A DNA stretch of 63,421 nucleotides, filler included, from 4 parts of 4 records of this genome joined end to end with filler, not necessarily neighbours in it, one strand, 5' to 3'. Counted from the first letter of the whole stretch, positions 51,375 to 62,205 are shown. Notes: a model not told the origin generated them from the sequence alone. Numbers and translations are program-made.

Positions 51375-54300
51375 TTAATCCTCCATGAGTTCATAAACTT
51401 CTCGTAAGTCCGTTTTGATCGGAACATGCCACCATGCGCCGTGGAAGTTATCGTCTGCATTTTTGAAAAAACTGGCCTTATATCTGGATTTCATGAAACG
51501 ACTGGCTTCCCGCAGGCGGCCGTTGTACCCCGCTTCATCCTGAAAGAACCACTTTTTGAAAGGGTTAATCGGTGTTCCTTTGCGGCCACGAAAGCCAGGT
51601 ATCACCATGTTGGTCAAATTCGTTTTGACCGTGATCCCCAGATTTTCAAAGGCCTGCTTCAGGTCGGCCGGCACTTCCGTGTAATCGGGGTGCTTCCGGA
51701 TTTCTTCCTGTTCTTTTTGTTTTTTTTCTGCTTTTAAGATGCTGATTTCTTGGGCTATCTCTTGTTGTTTCGCAATAACATGTGAATGCACAATCAGATT
51801 CACATCACTGACATTATCAACCTCACCGAGTCTTTCCCTTGTTGCAGTACGAATTTCTCGCTCTTTGGTGTCCAAAAGGAAGAGTTGGTTCTGTAAATCG
51901 TTCGCTGAGAAGTATTTAGTCTCAAAATCCGCATAAACAGCAGCCAAACTTTCCCTGATCTCCTTCTCAGTGGCGGTCTTGCCGTATTCCATGGCGATTT
52001 CCGTAAAGTTGCTTCCGAAAAGTTCAATCATGATCCCGGCAATCGCATATCCTCGATTTTCCCTTTCGAATTTCAAAAACAATTCACAAATGTTTTTCTT
52101 GAAATCGGCATTTTCCGGCTCGGGATAAACCATGTCGGATTTCGGGCCGTCATATTTATTGATCGTTGAAAGGACAAACTCATTGCCGGATCTGAAAACG
52201 AAATCGCCATATTCGTAGAAATTGATATCGTTCATATAATCCAGGAAGGTATCTTTTCCGATAGCCCTTTTAATCAGGGCTTTGTAGTCGCCTATTTGTT
52301 CATTAAGGATTTTCTTCAGTTGAATTTCTTCAGTTGAATAAGAGACTTTCGTCATTCGGTCGAAAGGCCAATTGTTGATTTTGATGCCGCTCAAGTAATT
52401 CCCCTCAGCGTCTTTGATGAGATCATCATTATTGTCCTTGAGAAAGTCGCTAGAAATATGGAAATGCCCGGTAACCGTTTCGTAATTCAGGGCCTTGTGC
52501 TCGCTGACAACATCAGTGACCTTGATCAATGCAACCGGGGGGGGGCCTTCGGCATGGTCGGCAACCTCGTAATAATCACCGGCCGCCACCACGTCCCCCT
52601 GCAGGGAGACCAGGACGTTTTCTGGGTGATCAATGTATTTTTCATCAAAAGCCAGGGTTCCCTTTTTGGCCCTTTGTTTCAGGATGCCCGAAACCTGCTT
52701 TGCTTTGGCTTCCAGTTCCATCCGGGACTTTTCATAAATCTGGTCAAGTTGCGCTAATCGGTTTTTGGCATTTTCGAGTTGCCATTCTTTCTTTGTCTGT
52801 TTGGTTTTCAGATCCGCCTTTTTGGGGTTGTCGGTTTCGTTTTCAATTCGAACCGTGTAATTGTCGAAAGTTTTCTGGAGCTTGGCGACCTTGGCAGTTA
52901 AAGCCCCACGTTCCTCTTCTTTCCGGGTCTCCAGGGTTTTCAAAAGGTTCTGAGCATTTGCCAGTTGTTGCAGGTTGTTCGCTGCAATCAGGTTATCCCG
53001 GGCCTGTCTACTGGCCTGTTCTGCTGCTAACCGTTCCATCCGGCGCCGGCGGGCCTCTTCCGGGTCCGATTCAAGCATGTCCAGGTAATCATCGGCGTTT
53101 TCCGCGTTTTGGTTGGCGGCCGAAGTCTCGGAACCTGTAAAAAGGTCATGCATCCAGTTGGATTTTCTTTTCAGAAGATCCAGGCGGTATTCATCAAAAG
53201 AGCCTTTTCCCAGATAATAATAGATGCTGATATGCTTCGCTTTGTTCCCTTGCCGAAGTCCACGGCCGTTTCGTTGCTGGATGCTGGCAGGGGTCCAAGG
53301 GAGGGTTAGATGATGAATTGCAGTTGTGCCTTTCTGAAGATTGACACCCACTTCAGCCTTTTTATTGGCAATGACAATCTTCATTTTTCCGGAATTGTAT
53401 TTATCGCTGATCTTCTGCATTTTATTGCCGCTGGCGGTGTCAGCATTGATAATCCCAATAACATCCTTCCAGATCGGCACTTCATGGGTGATCAACCGTT
53501 TCAACTTCTCATGCTGGCTTTTTTCTTCCGTGAAGATCAGTTGTTTGCCCTTGGACTCAAAATGTTTTTTCAATCGTTCAATCAGTTTGGCATATTTCGG
53601 TGTGATGGGATGCCCCACGTCTTCAGACTCTATCCCCACTTCCGGGAATTTCGAAACGACCCTTTCTTCATCGTCTTCAGGTACAACCAAGATGCAGGTC
53701 TCACCTTCAACCCGGACATCGGCGTCCTTGAGTTCCAATCTTGTTACGATGGTATCGACCTTATCCTTGTCCTGGGCGGAGAAATGGAAGGTCATGGTAT
53801 GGTTGTAAAGGTCCATGTCGGTTGTCACACGGTCCATGTCCCGCATGACAGAAAACAAGCTTTCCCCGGATCCGCCCATAAACTTGGGCTTTGCTGCCTC
53901 TTTGGCACGTTCTCTCAGGCTTTCATAAATCTCTTGCTGCCCTGAAGACAGTTCAACCACGTCGTTGATTTCATCGTGCGGGGGGAGTTCGAAGGTCTCT
54001 TTCACATCATCAGCTTTCCGCATGATGACGTATTTATGGAAGAGGTTCCGTAATCCATCCAGGTTCTGAAATCCCGTAAGGCCCAGCATCGGCTTTATCT
54101 CGCCACTCACTTTAACCTTGTCAACTGGCTGGATATCTCCAAACACCCTGACAAAATCATCAACCGTGTGGATACCGTACTGTTCGAATTCTTCCGGCGG
54201 GCAACACAAGGAAAGGATATTGTAAATCTCAAATGGGCTGTTGGTTACCGGTGTAGCGGAAAGAAGATAAGAACCCCGGCCGCCGTTCATTGCCCGGAGG

Positions 54301-56022
54301 TTATGCATCTTCATGGCCATGTCCAGGGACCGCTTAGCGGAAGGCGCCGTAGGAAGGTAGGCGTAGCCCTGAGACTGCTCACCCGGTTCGTAGGAATTTT
54401 TGAAACAGTGGCCTTCATCCACGATCACATTCGTAAAACCCATGTCTTCAAAGTACGGCAATTCATCCTTTTTAATGGTCCCTTCGTCGCTATACTTTCC
54501 CTCAAGATTGTTTATATTTACATCATCCTGGTAGGATCGCCCTTTCACGCCTGATGTGTTGTTTACAATCTTATCGGCGTTTTTCTCTTTGATAAGGGCA
54601 TGTTCAACCATCTTATCCGTGAATTTACGCTTTGAAGATGGTCGCATTGGAATGGTTCCGAACTTTTCAAATGTCATTACCACCAAGGATTTATTACTGC
54701 CTGGAATCTCCCACATTTTTCCCCAAACATCTTCTTTGCTGTCCCTCTTGATCAGCTTATCCTGATACTCAACTTCGCCGGTATACTTATTCTTTTTCGG
54801 TTTTCCCTCTTCGTCTTTGACCATTTCCCGGATAATCTCACCGCTTTTATCCAGTTTCGGCTCGAACCCGACGAAAAGACAATCATTCATGTGTCCAATG
54901 AATTTTTTGGTTGATCGATACCAATTGGAGAGAACAGCATTCGGGACAACGATACATGTCTTTTTTGACCGGCCCATCTGTTTGTTGTAGGCGTACAGTC
55001 CAAGGGCGCTATACGTTTTACCCAAACCAACATCATCGGCCAGAATCCCGCGCCCCTCCTCGGAAAGGCGACGGATCCCCGAATTCTGATAGGTATGAGG
55101 TTTGACATGGGGAGAAACCCCTTCGAGGCCCAAGTCCGTTTCCTCATACTCGAAAGGAAGATACCCATTGAACGTCTGATTGTATTTCGCCTGGATCTTA
55201 TCCGCATCCGGGTGCTGCATCATCCAAACGTTGAATTGCTCGTTAAGGTCTTCCACGTTTTGCTGATATTCACGCTTGATGTCAGCCTTGGAAGATGTGA
55301 CGTTTTTCCCATTCAGGTATTTGCTAAACTGTTTATGCCATCCGGATGCCTCACCTACGCTGAAAGTCCCATTCGGGTTATCGTAATCGTCCGTGATAAA
55401 CTCGATATAAGGCTCCATTTCGCCGGTTGTGGGGTCTTCCCGTTCAACCTTTCGATCCGTCACGTAGCGGGCGGATCGATAACCATTCTCCTGAAGGAAA
55501 TCGACAATGTACTTTCGACCAAACCATTTCTGTTGCATCCCGAACGTGATATCTTCAATGGCCGTGATTTTCCGCTTGCTCATGATCAGATCAATTTGCG
55601 TCTGGTATTTTTCCTTGATCTTTTCGTCCGGTTCATCGGCCATGGCATCGGTCATTTCTTTCATCTTGTGATAGATGTCGCCGGCTGCAAATCGGCTCAT
55701 AGGCTGGATAAAACCTTGTGGTGTGATTGCTACATTGTCATCGTCGGCAATATCGGTCAGAGACCCTATTTCGCGTTTCCCTGCGTACAGTTTTTGAACA
55801 TCTTCAAGTTCAATATTGGCAATTCCCTCACGCAAAAAGAGGTGTTCAACGATGGATCGAATGTTCGTATCATCATATTGGGTCCGGTCAATATTTTTCC
55901 CGGAAGCCAGAAGATCAGAAAAATTCCCCTTTTCATCCACGGCATTGAAGAAATATCCGAATATTTTTGAACTTTCGCCACAAAGCACAAGGCCCTTGTT
56001 CTTTTTCGGGTGTCCATACCTT
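51375..56022 (-). CDS. darB: DarB-like SNF2-family helicase (defence-against-restriction), 5' truncated
   Basis: LADDVGLGKT, IVDEGH, LSATPVTNSP, EVGVNLQ, QRNGRG.RQGN; frame open to the contig edge; adjacent to the Ulx-like gene. Confidence 0.8.
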
Positions 56023-56122
56023 NNNNNNNNNNNNNNNNNNNNNNNNNNNNNNNNNNNNNNNNNNNNTTAATTAATTAANNNNNNNNNNNNNNNNNNNNNN
56101 NNNNNNNNNNNNNNNNNNNNNN
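56023..56122. other. Artificial contig linker
   Basis: Same N/TTAATTAATTAA/N spacer. Confidence 0.98.
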
Positions 56123-56149
56123 CGCAGCTGGATCGTCTAATGCGTTATA

Positions 56150-56202
56150 TTATATGGGCTTAGTAGGGACGGCCAATGGCCGTCCCTACTAAGCCCATAT
56201 AA
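56150..56202. repeat. Perfect 26-bp inverted repeat centred on a GTAG-type REP
   Basis: TTATATGGGCTTAGTAGGGACGGCCA-A-TGGCCGTCCCTACTAAGCCCATATAA. Confidence 0.9.
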
Positions 56203-56234
56203 AGCCGGAAAGCAAGCACTGCTTTCCGGCTTTA
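56200..56234 (-). terminator. Terminator hairpin after the AarF/UbiB gene
   Basis: TAAAGCCGGAAAGCA-5nt-TGCTTTCCGGCTTTA. Confidence 0.75.
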
Positions 56235-57839
56235 TTTATGCTTTTTATTAAAGATAATATCAGCGAGCAGCCAGGCGCCCAGAAAAAAAGACAGCGAATA
56301 TCCCAGAACACCGAGAAGCGGAATTCCCAGAAGCTTGGGCTGCATGTCCGTCATGCATAAAAGGCTTGAACCGATGAGTCCGGCCGCAATCAGAATGCAG
56401 ACGATCAGCCGGTTAACCATGTGGCTGATTTTATTGAAAGGCTCCTCAGATCCAACCATCTCGATATTCAGCTTATTTTGTCCCCGCGCGGCTTGGTGCA
56501 CCAGCTCCGTCATATTTGACGACAGCTCGGCTGCGCGGCTGCCAAGACTCATAAAAAGCCTGAGATTTTTAGTCAGCTCCCGGGTGAGATCAAGGTCATC
56601 AATCAGGGTGCCGCTGAGCGCCGAGCCGTAAATATCGGCGATGTTTGTCTCCGGGTCAATTTTACTGACAACACCCTCCAGCGTCACCATGCCGCGGCCA
56701 AGCATTGAGATACCCGCCGGCATCGACAGGCCGTTTGATTCGGCAATCAGCAGCAAATCCGCAAACATCTGCCCGATATTGAGGCTGCTCAGCTCTGCTG
56801 AGCCGTAGCGATTAAGCATCTCCTCAATGTCTTCCGTCAGCCGCGTATGGTTGATCGTCCCGGTGTGGCGGCTGATGCCGAGCACCGCCTGCTTGAGCGC
56901 ATAAATATCGTCGGACGCAATAGCCATGACGGCTTTTTTCATCATATGCCGGTCCTGCGCTGTAAGCGTGCCGATCATCCCGAGATCGAGCCAGATAATT
57001 TTACCGTCCTGTATCCGCAGGTTTCCGGGATGCGGGTCCGCGTGGAAATATCCGTCCTCCAGCACCTGCTTGGCGTAACAGGCCACGAGCTTATGCGCGA
57101 GGTCTTTCAAATCATACCCCGCGGCACTAAGCGCTTCGGTATCGTCAATCTGGATACCATCGATACGCTCCATGCACAGCACCTTCGGCGTCGTCAGCTC
57201 CCAGACAACCGTTGGGAATGACACGTACCGAAGGCTCTCGTTCAGCTCGGCAAACCGCCGTATGTGCTCGGCCTCCGTCATAAAGTCGAGTTCCTGCTTC
57301 GCCACCGTCCAAATCTCGTCCAGAACGCCGTTGAGGTCGATGACTTGTCCCGTACGGCTGAAAATTTTAATAACGACGGATGCCCGGTGCAAAAGCCTGA
57401 TATCGGTTTCCATGCGCTCGTATATATCGGGCCGCTGGACCTTAAGGACCACAGAACGGCCGTTTTTTAAAACGGCCGCATGCGCCTGCGCGATTGACGC
57501 GGAACCCAGCGGCTTTTCGTCAATCGTGTCAAAAAGCTCGCCGCACTCCTCGCCGTACTCACCCTCAAGCACCTTGACGACGTCAGCATGCGGCATTGGT
57601 CGCGCGCCGGTACGCAGGCGTGTGAGTTCCCTGCAGTAATCATCGGGAATCATATCCGGGCGCATCGATAAAAGCTGACCAAATTTGACAAAGGTCGGCC
57701 CGAGGTCTTCAAATATGGATCGGAGCTTTTCGGGCGACAGCCCGTGGATCAGGTTGTAGCGCCCGAAAATTCCGAGTATTTCTCTGAGTCTTTTCGCTGA
57801 TGATATCTCTTTAGCTTTCCGCTCCCTTGTCATCATCAT
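56232..57839 (-). CDS. AarF/UbiB/ABC1-family protein kinase-like protein
   Basis: LGPTFVKFGQ, LGSASIAQ, VLKVQRP, FHADPHPGN, LDLGM; two C-terminal TMs. Confidence 0.93.
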   Translation of the reverse strand: MMMTRERKAKEISSAKRLREILGIFGRYNLIHGLSPEKLRSIFEDLGPTFVKFGQLLSMRPDMIPDDYCRELTRLRTGARPMPHADVVKVLEGEYGEECGELFDTIDEKPLGSASIAQAHAAVLKNGRSVVLKVQRPDIYERMETDIRLLHRASVVIKIFSRTGQVIDLNGVLDEIWTVAKQELDFMTEAEHIRRFAELNESLRYVSFPTVVWELTTPKVLCMERIDGIQIDDTEALSAAGYDLKDLAHKLVACYAKQVLEDGYFHADPHPGNLRIQDGKIIWLDLGMIGTLTAQDRHMMKKAVMAIASDDIYALKQAVLGISRHTGTINHTRLTEDIEEMLNRYGSAELSSLNIGQMFADLLLIAESNGLSMPAGISMLGRGMVTLEGVVSKIDPETNIADIYGSALSGTLIDDLDLTRELTKNLRLFMSLGSRAAELSSNMTELVHQAARGQNKLNIEMVGSEEPFNKISHMVNRLIVCILIAAGLIGSSLLCMTDMQPKLLGIPLLGVLGYSLSFFLGAWLLADIIFNKKHK

Positions 57840-58242
57840 CCGTCCAGTTCATTTTGATTTCATCAAGCTTTGCTTTAATGGCGTCGAGGTCCTCACGGCT
57901 CATGTCCTTAAACTGTTCGGCAAAAGCCTCCGCATCCACTTTGCTTTTTTTACCGGCCTGTTTCATTTCCTTTTCAAGGTCGGCCAGTTTCTCACGGATG
58001 ACCGCCAGCTCGTCTTTTGTCATCTTCTCCAGCGCAGCGGCGATGTCCTTGACAGCTTCCTTTGCCGCCTCCTTTTTACGTTTGAGTTCCTCGTTCATGA
58101 CCTTGCTCTTCTGCACGGTCTCTTCTCCTCTGGCAGCCAGCGAGTCAACAGCTTTCCCAACGGCATCTGCAGAAGCTGCGGCGAGGCCAACACCGGCATA
58201 CAGTACTTTTTTTAATCCATCATTAATAGTGTTGTCAGACAT
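57811..58242 (-). CDS. Phasin-like (PHA granule-associated family) protein
   Basis: LKKVLYAGVGLAA....V..L..RGE; commonly paired with AarF genes in Clostridia. Confidence 0.7.
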   Translation of the reverse strand: MSDNTINDGLKKVLYAGVGLAAASADAVGKAVDSLAARGEETVQKSKVMNEELKRKKEAAKEAVKDIAAALEKMTKDELAVIREKLADLEKEMKQAGKKSKVDAEAFAEQFKDMSREDLDAIKAKLDEIKMNWTDDDDKGAES

Positions 58243-58307
58243 TTAATATTACTCCTTTTCGTTAGCGTTATAACGCCCGATCGTTTATATTGCCCATTGC
58301 GACACGG

Positions 58308-58901
58308 CTAGACCGTTGTCTTTAGCTTATGAATAAGTTTCTCCGTCTTCTTTTTTAGAAGGCTCGACTGGTAAGCCGTCAGCATGATAAATATGACTTC
58401 CTTGATTTTGGTCGCATCACTTCCTTTACACACGAGCGCCTGCGTCAGTTCCTTCCCAACCGTTTTTTCATATCCGTCAATATCACCGGGCTCAACCCCG
58501 GCCGTTTTAGCGACTGAATCGCTGAACAGGCCGTACAACTCCCTTTCCTTGAGCCTTCCACCCGAGCTGTCTTGGGCGTATTGCAGCAGCAGCTTGATTT
58601 CGTCCAGCTCCACCACGCTGCGCAGCGCGTTGAATATTAGGATCCGGGCCACCTGATTTTCATCGTAGAACCGGCCGTTTCGCGGCGGGTCTACAAAATT
58701 GCGCTTGACCCAGTTTTGTATCGTTTCTTTTGTCAGATTGTCGGCAATGTGCGTGATCTGCGACAGCAGCAGACCCGACCCGTATCCGAGCAGCGGCGAT
58801 AATGTGTTGCCGATAAAGTCCTCGGCGCCCGTCAAAACGGCGCCCAGCAGCCCGCCTACTTTTATACTGGTACCCGGTATCGTATATTTTTTTTCATCCA
58901 T
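58308..58901 (-). CDS. DUF1836 family protein (predicted MerR-like HTH regulator)
   Basis: LLLSQI...LT..TIQNWVKR..V.PP....Y...Q...I....LR.V..L..I..LL. Confidence 0.85.
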   Translation of the reverse strand: MDEKKYTIPGTSIKVGGLLGAVLTGAEDFIGNTLSPLLGYGSGLLLSQITHIADNLTKETIQNWVKRNFVDPPRNGRFYDENQVARILIFNALRSVVELDEIKLLLQYAQDSSGGRLKERELYGLFSDSVAKTAGVEPGDIDGYEKTVGKELTQALVCKGSDATKIKEVIFIMLTAYQSSLLKKKTEKLIHKLKTTV

Positions 58902-58984
58902 AGAGTCTCCCCGCTTGCCGTTTATTAAGCTGAATCCAACTAATTTAATGCCGGGTTCATCCCACTACCCCTCATGTTGATATC

Positions 58985-59029
58985 ACTATATCATAAGGTC
59001 ACATGACTGTCAATGGTTTGCACATGACT
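58985..59029 (-). promoter_or_regulatory. SigA promoter with flanking CACATGACT direct repeats
   Basis: TTGACA (59008-59013)-17nt-TATAGT (58985-58990) with TGn extension; repeats at 59000-59008 and 59021-59029. Confidence 0.75.
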
Positions 59030-59074
59030 TTTCACGATTTATAATGCCGAGCTTAGTATTATCCGCTTATGCGC

Positions 59075-59106
59075 AAAAAAACGAGGCGGATTTTATCCCG
59101 CCTCGT
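59075..59106 (-). terminator. Intrinsic terminator after the M56 gene
   Basis: ACGAGGCGG-8nt-CCGCCTCGT plus A7 (U-tract on the minus strand). Confidence 0.85.
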
Positions 59107-59139
59107 CAGATTGTCGAAAAGCCGTACCTGCTTTTTCAG

Positions 59140-61839
59140 TTAATAGCCGTCAAATAAATCCCAGGTTCTATCGTCCCGGACATAAGACAGGTCACCGAGC
59201 GTTCTGCCGTCGCAGCTGATATAGGCTATACCGTCCGGAAACGCTACGCCCATAATGCTGCCCGACGCAGGCTGCTCAGCCGGGACAAGACCCTTGAAGG
59301 CATTTTGGAGCGTTTCGTACGTACCCCGGGTCAGCATGCCGCTTTGCGTATCGAGGCACCAGGCCTCATCCGGATTGAGGCCCATTTCGAGCATATCGGC
59401 TTCGAGGCCGGTTAGATACAGCTGCACAATTTTCCCGTCGGCGCTGACAGCCACACTGACAATGACGCTGCCGTTGATGTTCTCGCAGCCGAGCGTCTTC
59501 TGAAAGCTCACGGCGCTTGTGATGGTCCGCGTGTTCAAATCATAGACAAATAGGCCAAAATAGCCGTGGAACACAACGATATCGTCGTCGGCATAATCGA
59601 GCAAAACCTCAATACCCACCGTCTTTTTAGCTCCAAAGACGGGCTCGTAGCTGAGCATCTGCTGAAGCCGGTTTGTAAAGAGCTCGTCGCCCGGTTCATA
59701 AATCTCTCTGTCGCCCGAGTCGGTATCAATCTCTCCCACCGCCATCGTTGTCAGAAACAAAAGTGCGTCGTCGTCCTGTTTAAAAATCAAATACATGCGG
59801 TATGGCGTATCGTAATCCCCGCCAGGCATCACCCAGCCGTCGTCACCGACCACTTTGCCGCCATCCATCGCAGCTTTTTCGGGATTTTCAGAATAATACC
59901 CAAAATTCAGGCCATAAACAAGCAGCTTCATTCCATCCAAATCGTCATAAGTATATGTGTGTTCCAGGGATGAAATCCGCCAGTTCACGTAGCTGTACTG
60001 TGGATATACCGCCCGGTCCTCCCGGAACCATTGCAGCACCAGCTCCTGCGCTGTACCGACCACCTCATCCGGTACCCTCTCCACGTTCAGAATAGCGCCC
60101 GGCGGGGTAGAAATCTCCGTATTGGAAAAGAAGGTGTAACCGCCGTCCATTTCGTCTAAGCGAAGACGTCTTTCGCTTTCGTAAAACGTGGTGCATAAAT
60201 AATTCAGATAGACGCTGTTCCCAGCGCGGTATCCGCTTGTAACGGTCACGTTCATATAATTTGTGTCGCCGTGGTATAGGTAATAGGCGTCATAACCCGG
60301 AAGATACGTCATCCTGTCCAGCCCGACACTGCGCGTCTCATTGAGTGTCATGCCCATGTTTTCCATCAACGCGGCATCCATAGCTCTAGCGCTGTTTTTC
60401 TGGCAGGCGCAGTCCGGCTCCATGTCCCATCCGTTTGCCGTGACAATGGCGGCCCGTTCGGCCTCGGAGGCCAATTCATCCGAGCTGGCGCCGATATAAA
60501 ACGTATCGAACAGGTTGATATTCTGGGGCCACGAATACAGAGAAAATAAAAATTGATTGTGGATGTTGGGGTACTCTCCGTTGAAAAACGCCGTATTAAA
60601 CCAGCTGATCTCCTCAACCGTTAGGGGCGTACCGCCTTCCGGCACGGCTAAATCGTCAGGGCTTACGGTTACATCGTCCGATGCACCATCCGCCGAAACA
60701 TCCGGCATGCTGTCTGTCGAGACAGGAGGTACAGAGCTCTCCGGCGTATCCGCCCCCGAGCTTCCCGGCCCGCCGAGGACGGTGCAGCCGCACAGCAGAA
60801 GCGCCAGGCCTATCGATAGCGCGACGGCGGCGGCGGACGCCTTTTTATAATTCATAATGCTTTGAAGCCGCCCTTTCAGCTGTGCTTTTTCCTCACTCAT
60901 GGTCGTGGCCAATATGCCCGCCGGCAGCTTCCGTCGGTTGGCCAGTGCTAAAAGTGTCTCGCCGTAAGCGCGCTTTTCAGCTATCGGCATATTTCGGACA
61001 ACAGCTTCGTCACAGGCCAGCTCGCACGCGCGGTTCAGCTCGCGGCGGATCACATAGACGAGCGGATTAAACCAGTGCAGGCTGAGCACCAGCATGGCAA
61101 ACCATTTGTAATAGAGATCGCCACGGCGGTAATGGCACAGCTCATGCCGGAGAATATGGCGCAGCGTCTCGTCGTCGTAGGACCGTTCAGGCAGGACAAT
61201 AACGGGTTTAAACAGGCCTATGAGCATCGGCGTGCTAACCAGTCCGCTGATTAACAGCCTTGGCCGCAGCTTTTCGCCAAATTCTGCGTAAATTTGTGCA
61301 GCGTTGCCGTCCGCGTCAAAACTGTTTTTTCTCACACCGGACGCAAACCGCCGATAGCCGCCGATAAACCAGGCGCAGGACAATACGGCCCCCGCCGCCC
61401 AGATAACAAACCACGTAACGGGTGCTTTGATAAGTCCCAGCGCCATGTGCCAAAGGTTCCCGCCCGACGTCGACAACTCCGTCGGCACGCCCGCAGAAGC
61501 AACGTCAGCAGAAGTTTCATAAGAAGTCTCCCCTGCCGGCATTACCGCGCCGGTATCCGACGGAATGACTGAATCAGTATCCGTTGCCGGGGTATAATCC
61601 GCAGCGGGCAGCGCATCGGCTGCCGCCTCAGCGGGCCGAAAAAAAACGCCGGACAGATCAACGGGGCTTGATGCCGGCAGACACAGGCGCAGCAGCACCA
61701 GCAGCCACAGATAGTAATAAAACCGTTTATTGGCAATAACCGGCCTAAACGCGAGCAGCAATCCGGCTATAACGGACCCGGAAACGGATAAAAACAAAAT
61801 CGTCAGCAATAGCTCACTCACCCTTGTCACCGCCTCCAA
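59140..61839 (-). CDS. BlaR1/MecR1-type M56 metallopeptidase sensor with non-PBP extracellular domains
   Basis: YYLWLLVLLRL, HELCH zincin motif, HWFNP, ELACD; true start may be GTG at 61821. Confidence 0.9.
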   Translation of the reverse strand: MEAVTRVSELLLTILFLSVSGSVIAGLLLAFRPVIANKRFYYYLWLLVLLRLCLPASSPVDLSGVFFRPAEAAADALPAADYTPATDTDSVIPSDTGAVMPAGETSYETSADVASAGVPTELSTSGGNLWHMALGLIKAPVTWFVIWAAGAVLSCAWFIGGYRRFASGVRKNSFDADGNAAQIYAEFGEKLRPRLLISGLVSTPMLIGLFKPVIVLPERSYDDETLRHILRHELCHYRRGDLYYKWFAMLVLSLHWFNPLVYVIRRELNRACELACDEAVVRNMPIAEKRAYGETLLALANRRKLPAGILATTMSEEKAQLKGRLQSIMNYKKASAAAVALSIGLALLLCGCTVLGGPGSSGADTPESSVPPVSTDSMPDVSADGASDDVTVSPDDLAVPEGGTPLTVEEISWFNTAFFNGEYPNIHNQFLFSLYSWPQNINLFDTFYIGASSDELASEAERAAIVTANGWDMEPDCACQKNSARAMDAALMENMGMTLNETRSVGLDRMTYLPGYDAYYLYHGDTNYMNVTVTSGYRAGNSVYLNYLCTTFYESERRLRLDEMDGGYTFFSNTEISTPPGAILNVERVPDEVVGTAQELVLQWFREDRAVYPQYSYVNWRISSLEHTYTYDDLDGMKLLVYGLNFGYYSENPEKAAMDGGKVVGDDGWVMPGGDYDTPYRMYLIFKQDDDALLFLTTMAVGEIDTDSGDREIYEPGDELFTNRLQQMLSYEPVFGAKKTVGIEVLLDYADDDIVVFHGYFGLFVYDLNTRTITSAVSFQKTLGCENINGSVIVSVAVSADGKIVQLYLTGLEADMLEMGLNPDEAWCLDTQSGMLTRGTYETLQNAFKGLVPAEQPASGSIMGVAFPDGIAYISCDGRTLGDLSYVRDDRTWDLFDGY

Positions 61840-62194
61840 GTACCTCGCGCAGCTCCGCGATATCGTCTTCGCTCAGTCCCGAATCCACCAGCGCCGCCAC
61901 AAGGCCCTTGGCGCTGCCGTTATAGAGTTTGTCAATGAGATCCCGCGTGGCATATTGTCCGAATTCCTCCTCTGTAAAAAGCGGCGCGTAGTAGAAAACC
62001 TCCCGCTTTTCCTGCCGGAGCGCGCCCTTGGCGTACAGGCGCTGGATCAGCGTTTTAACCGTGGAGCTCTCCCACCCCGTTTCCCCGCTGAGCACCCGGC
62101 GGATTTCCGTGACCGGCAACGCGTCCGGTGCGTCCCACAGCACGCGCAGGACCTTCAGCTCGGCGTCTGATATTTTGTCAAACGGTTTTTTCAT
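61814..62194 (-). CDS. BlaI/MecI/CopY family repressor
   Basis: ISDAEL.V..VLW, W..STVKTLI.RL..KG, LY.GS...LVAAL, LS..DI.EL. Confidence 0.93.
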   Translation of the reverse strand: MKKPFDKISDAELKVLRVLWDAPDALPVTEIRRVLSGETGWESSTVKTLIQRLYAKGALRQEKREVFYYAPLFTEEEFGQYATRDLIDKLYNGSAKGLVAALVDSGLSEDDIAELREVLGGGDKGE

Positions 62195-62205
62195 AATGCC
62201 TCCTC

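Larger units (their letters stand above)
41241..56022 (-). mobile_element. P1-like (pro)phage segment adjoining proS, truncated at the contig end
   Basis: Co-oriented DarB-, Ulx-, fibre-, portal-, protease- and lysis-like genes; abrupt switch from host genes after proS. Confidence 0.85.
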
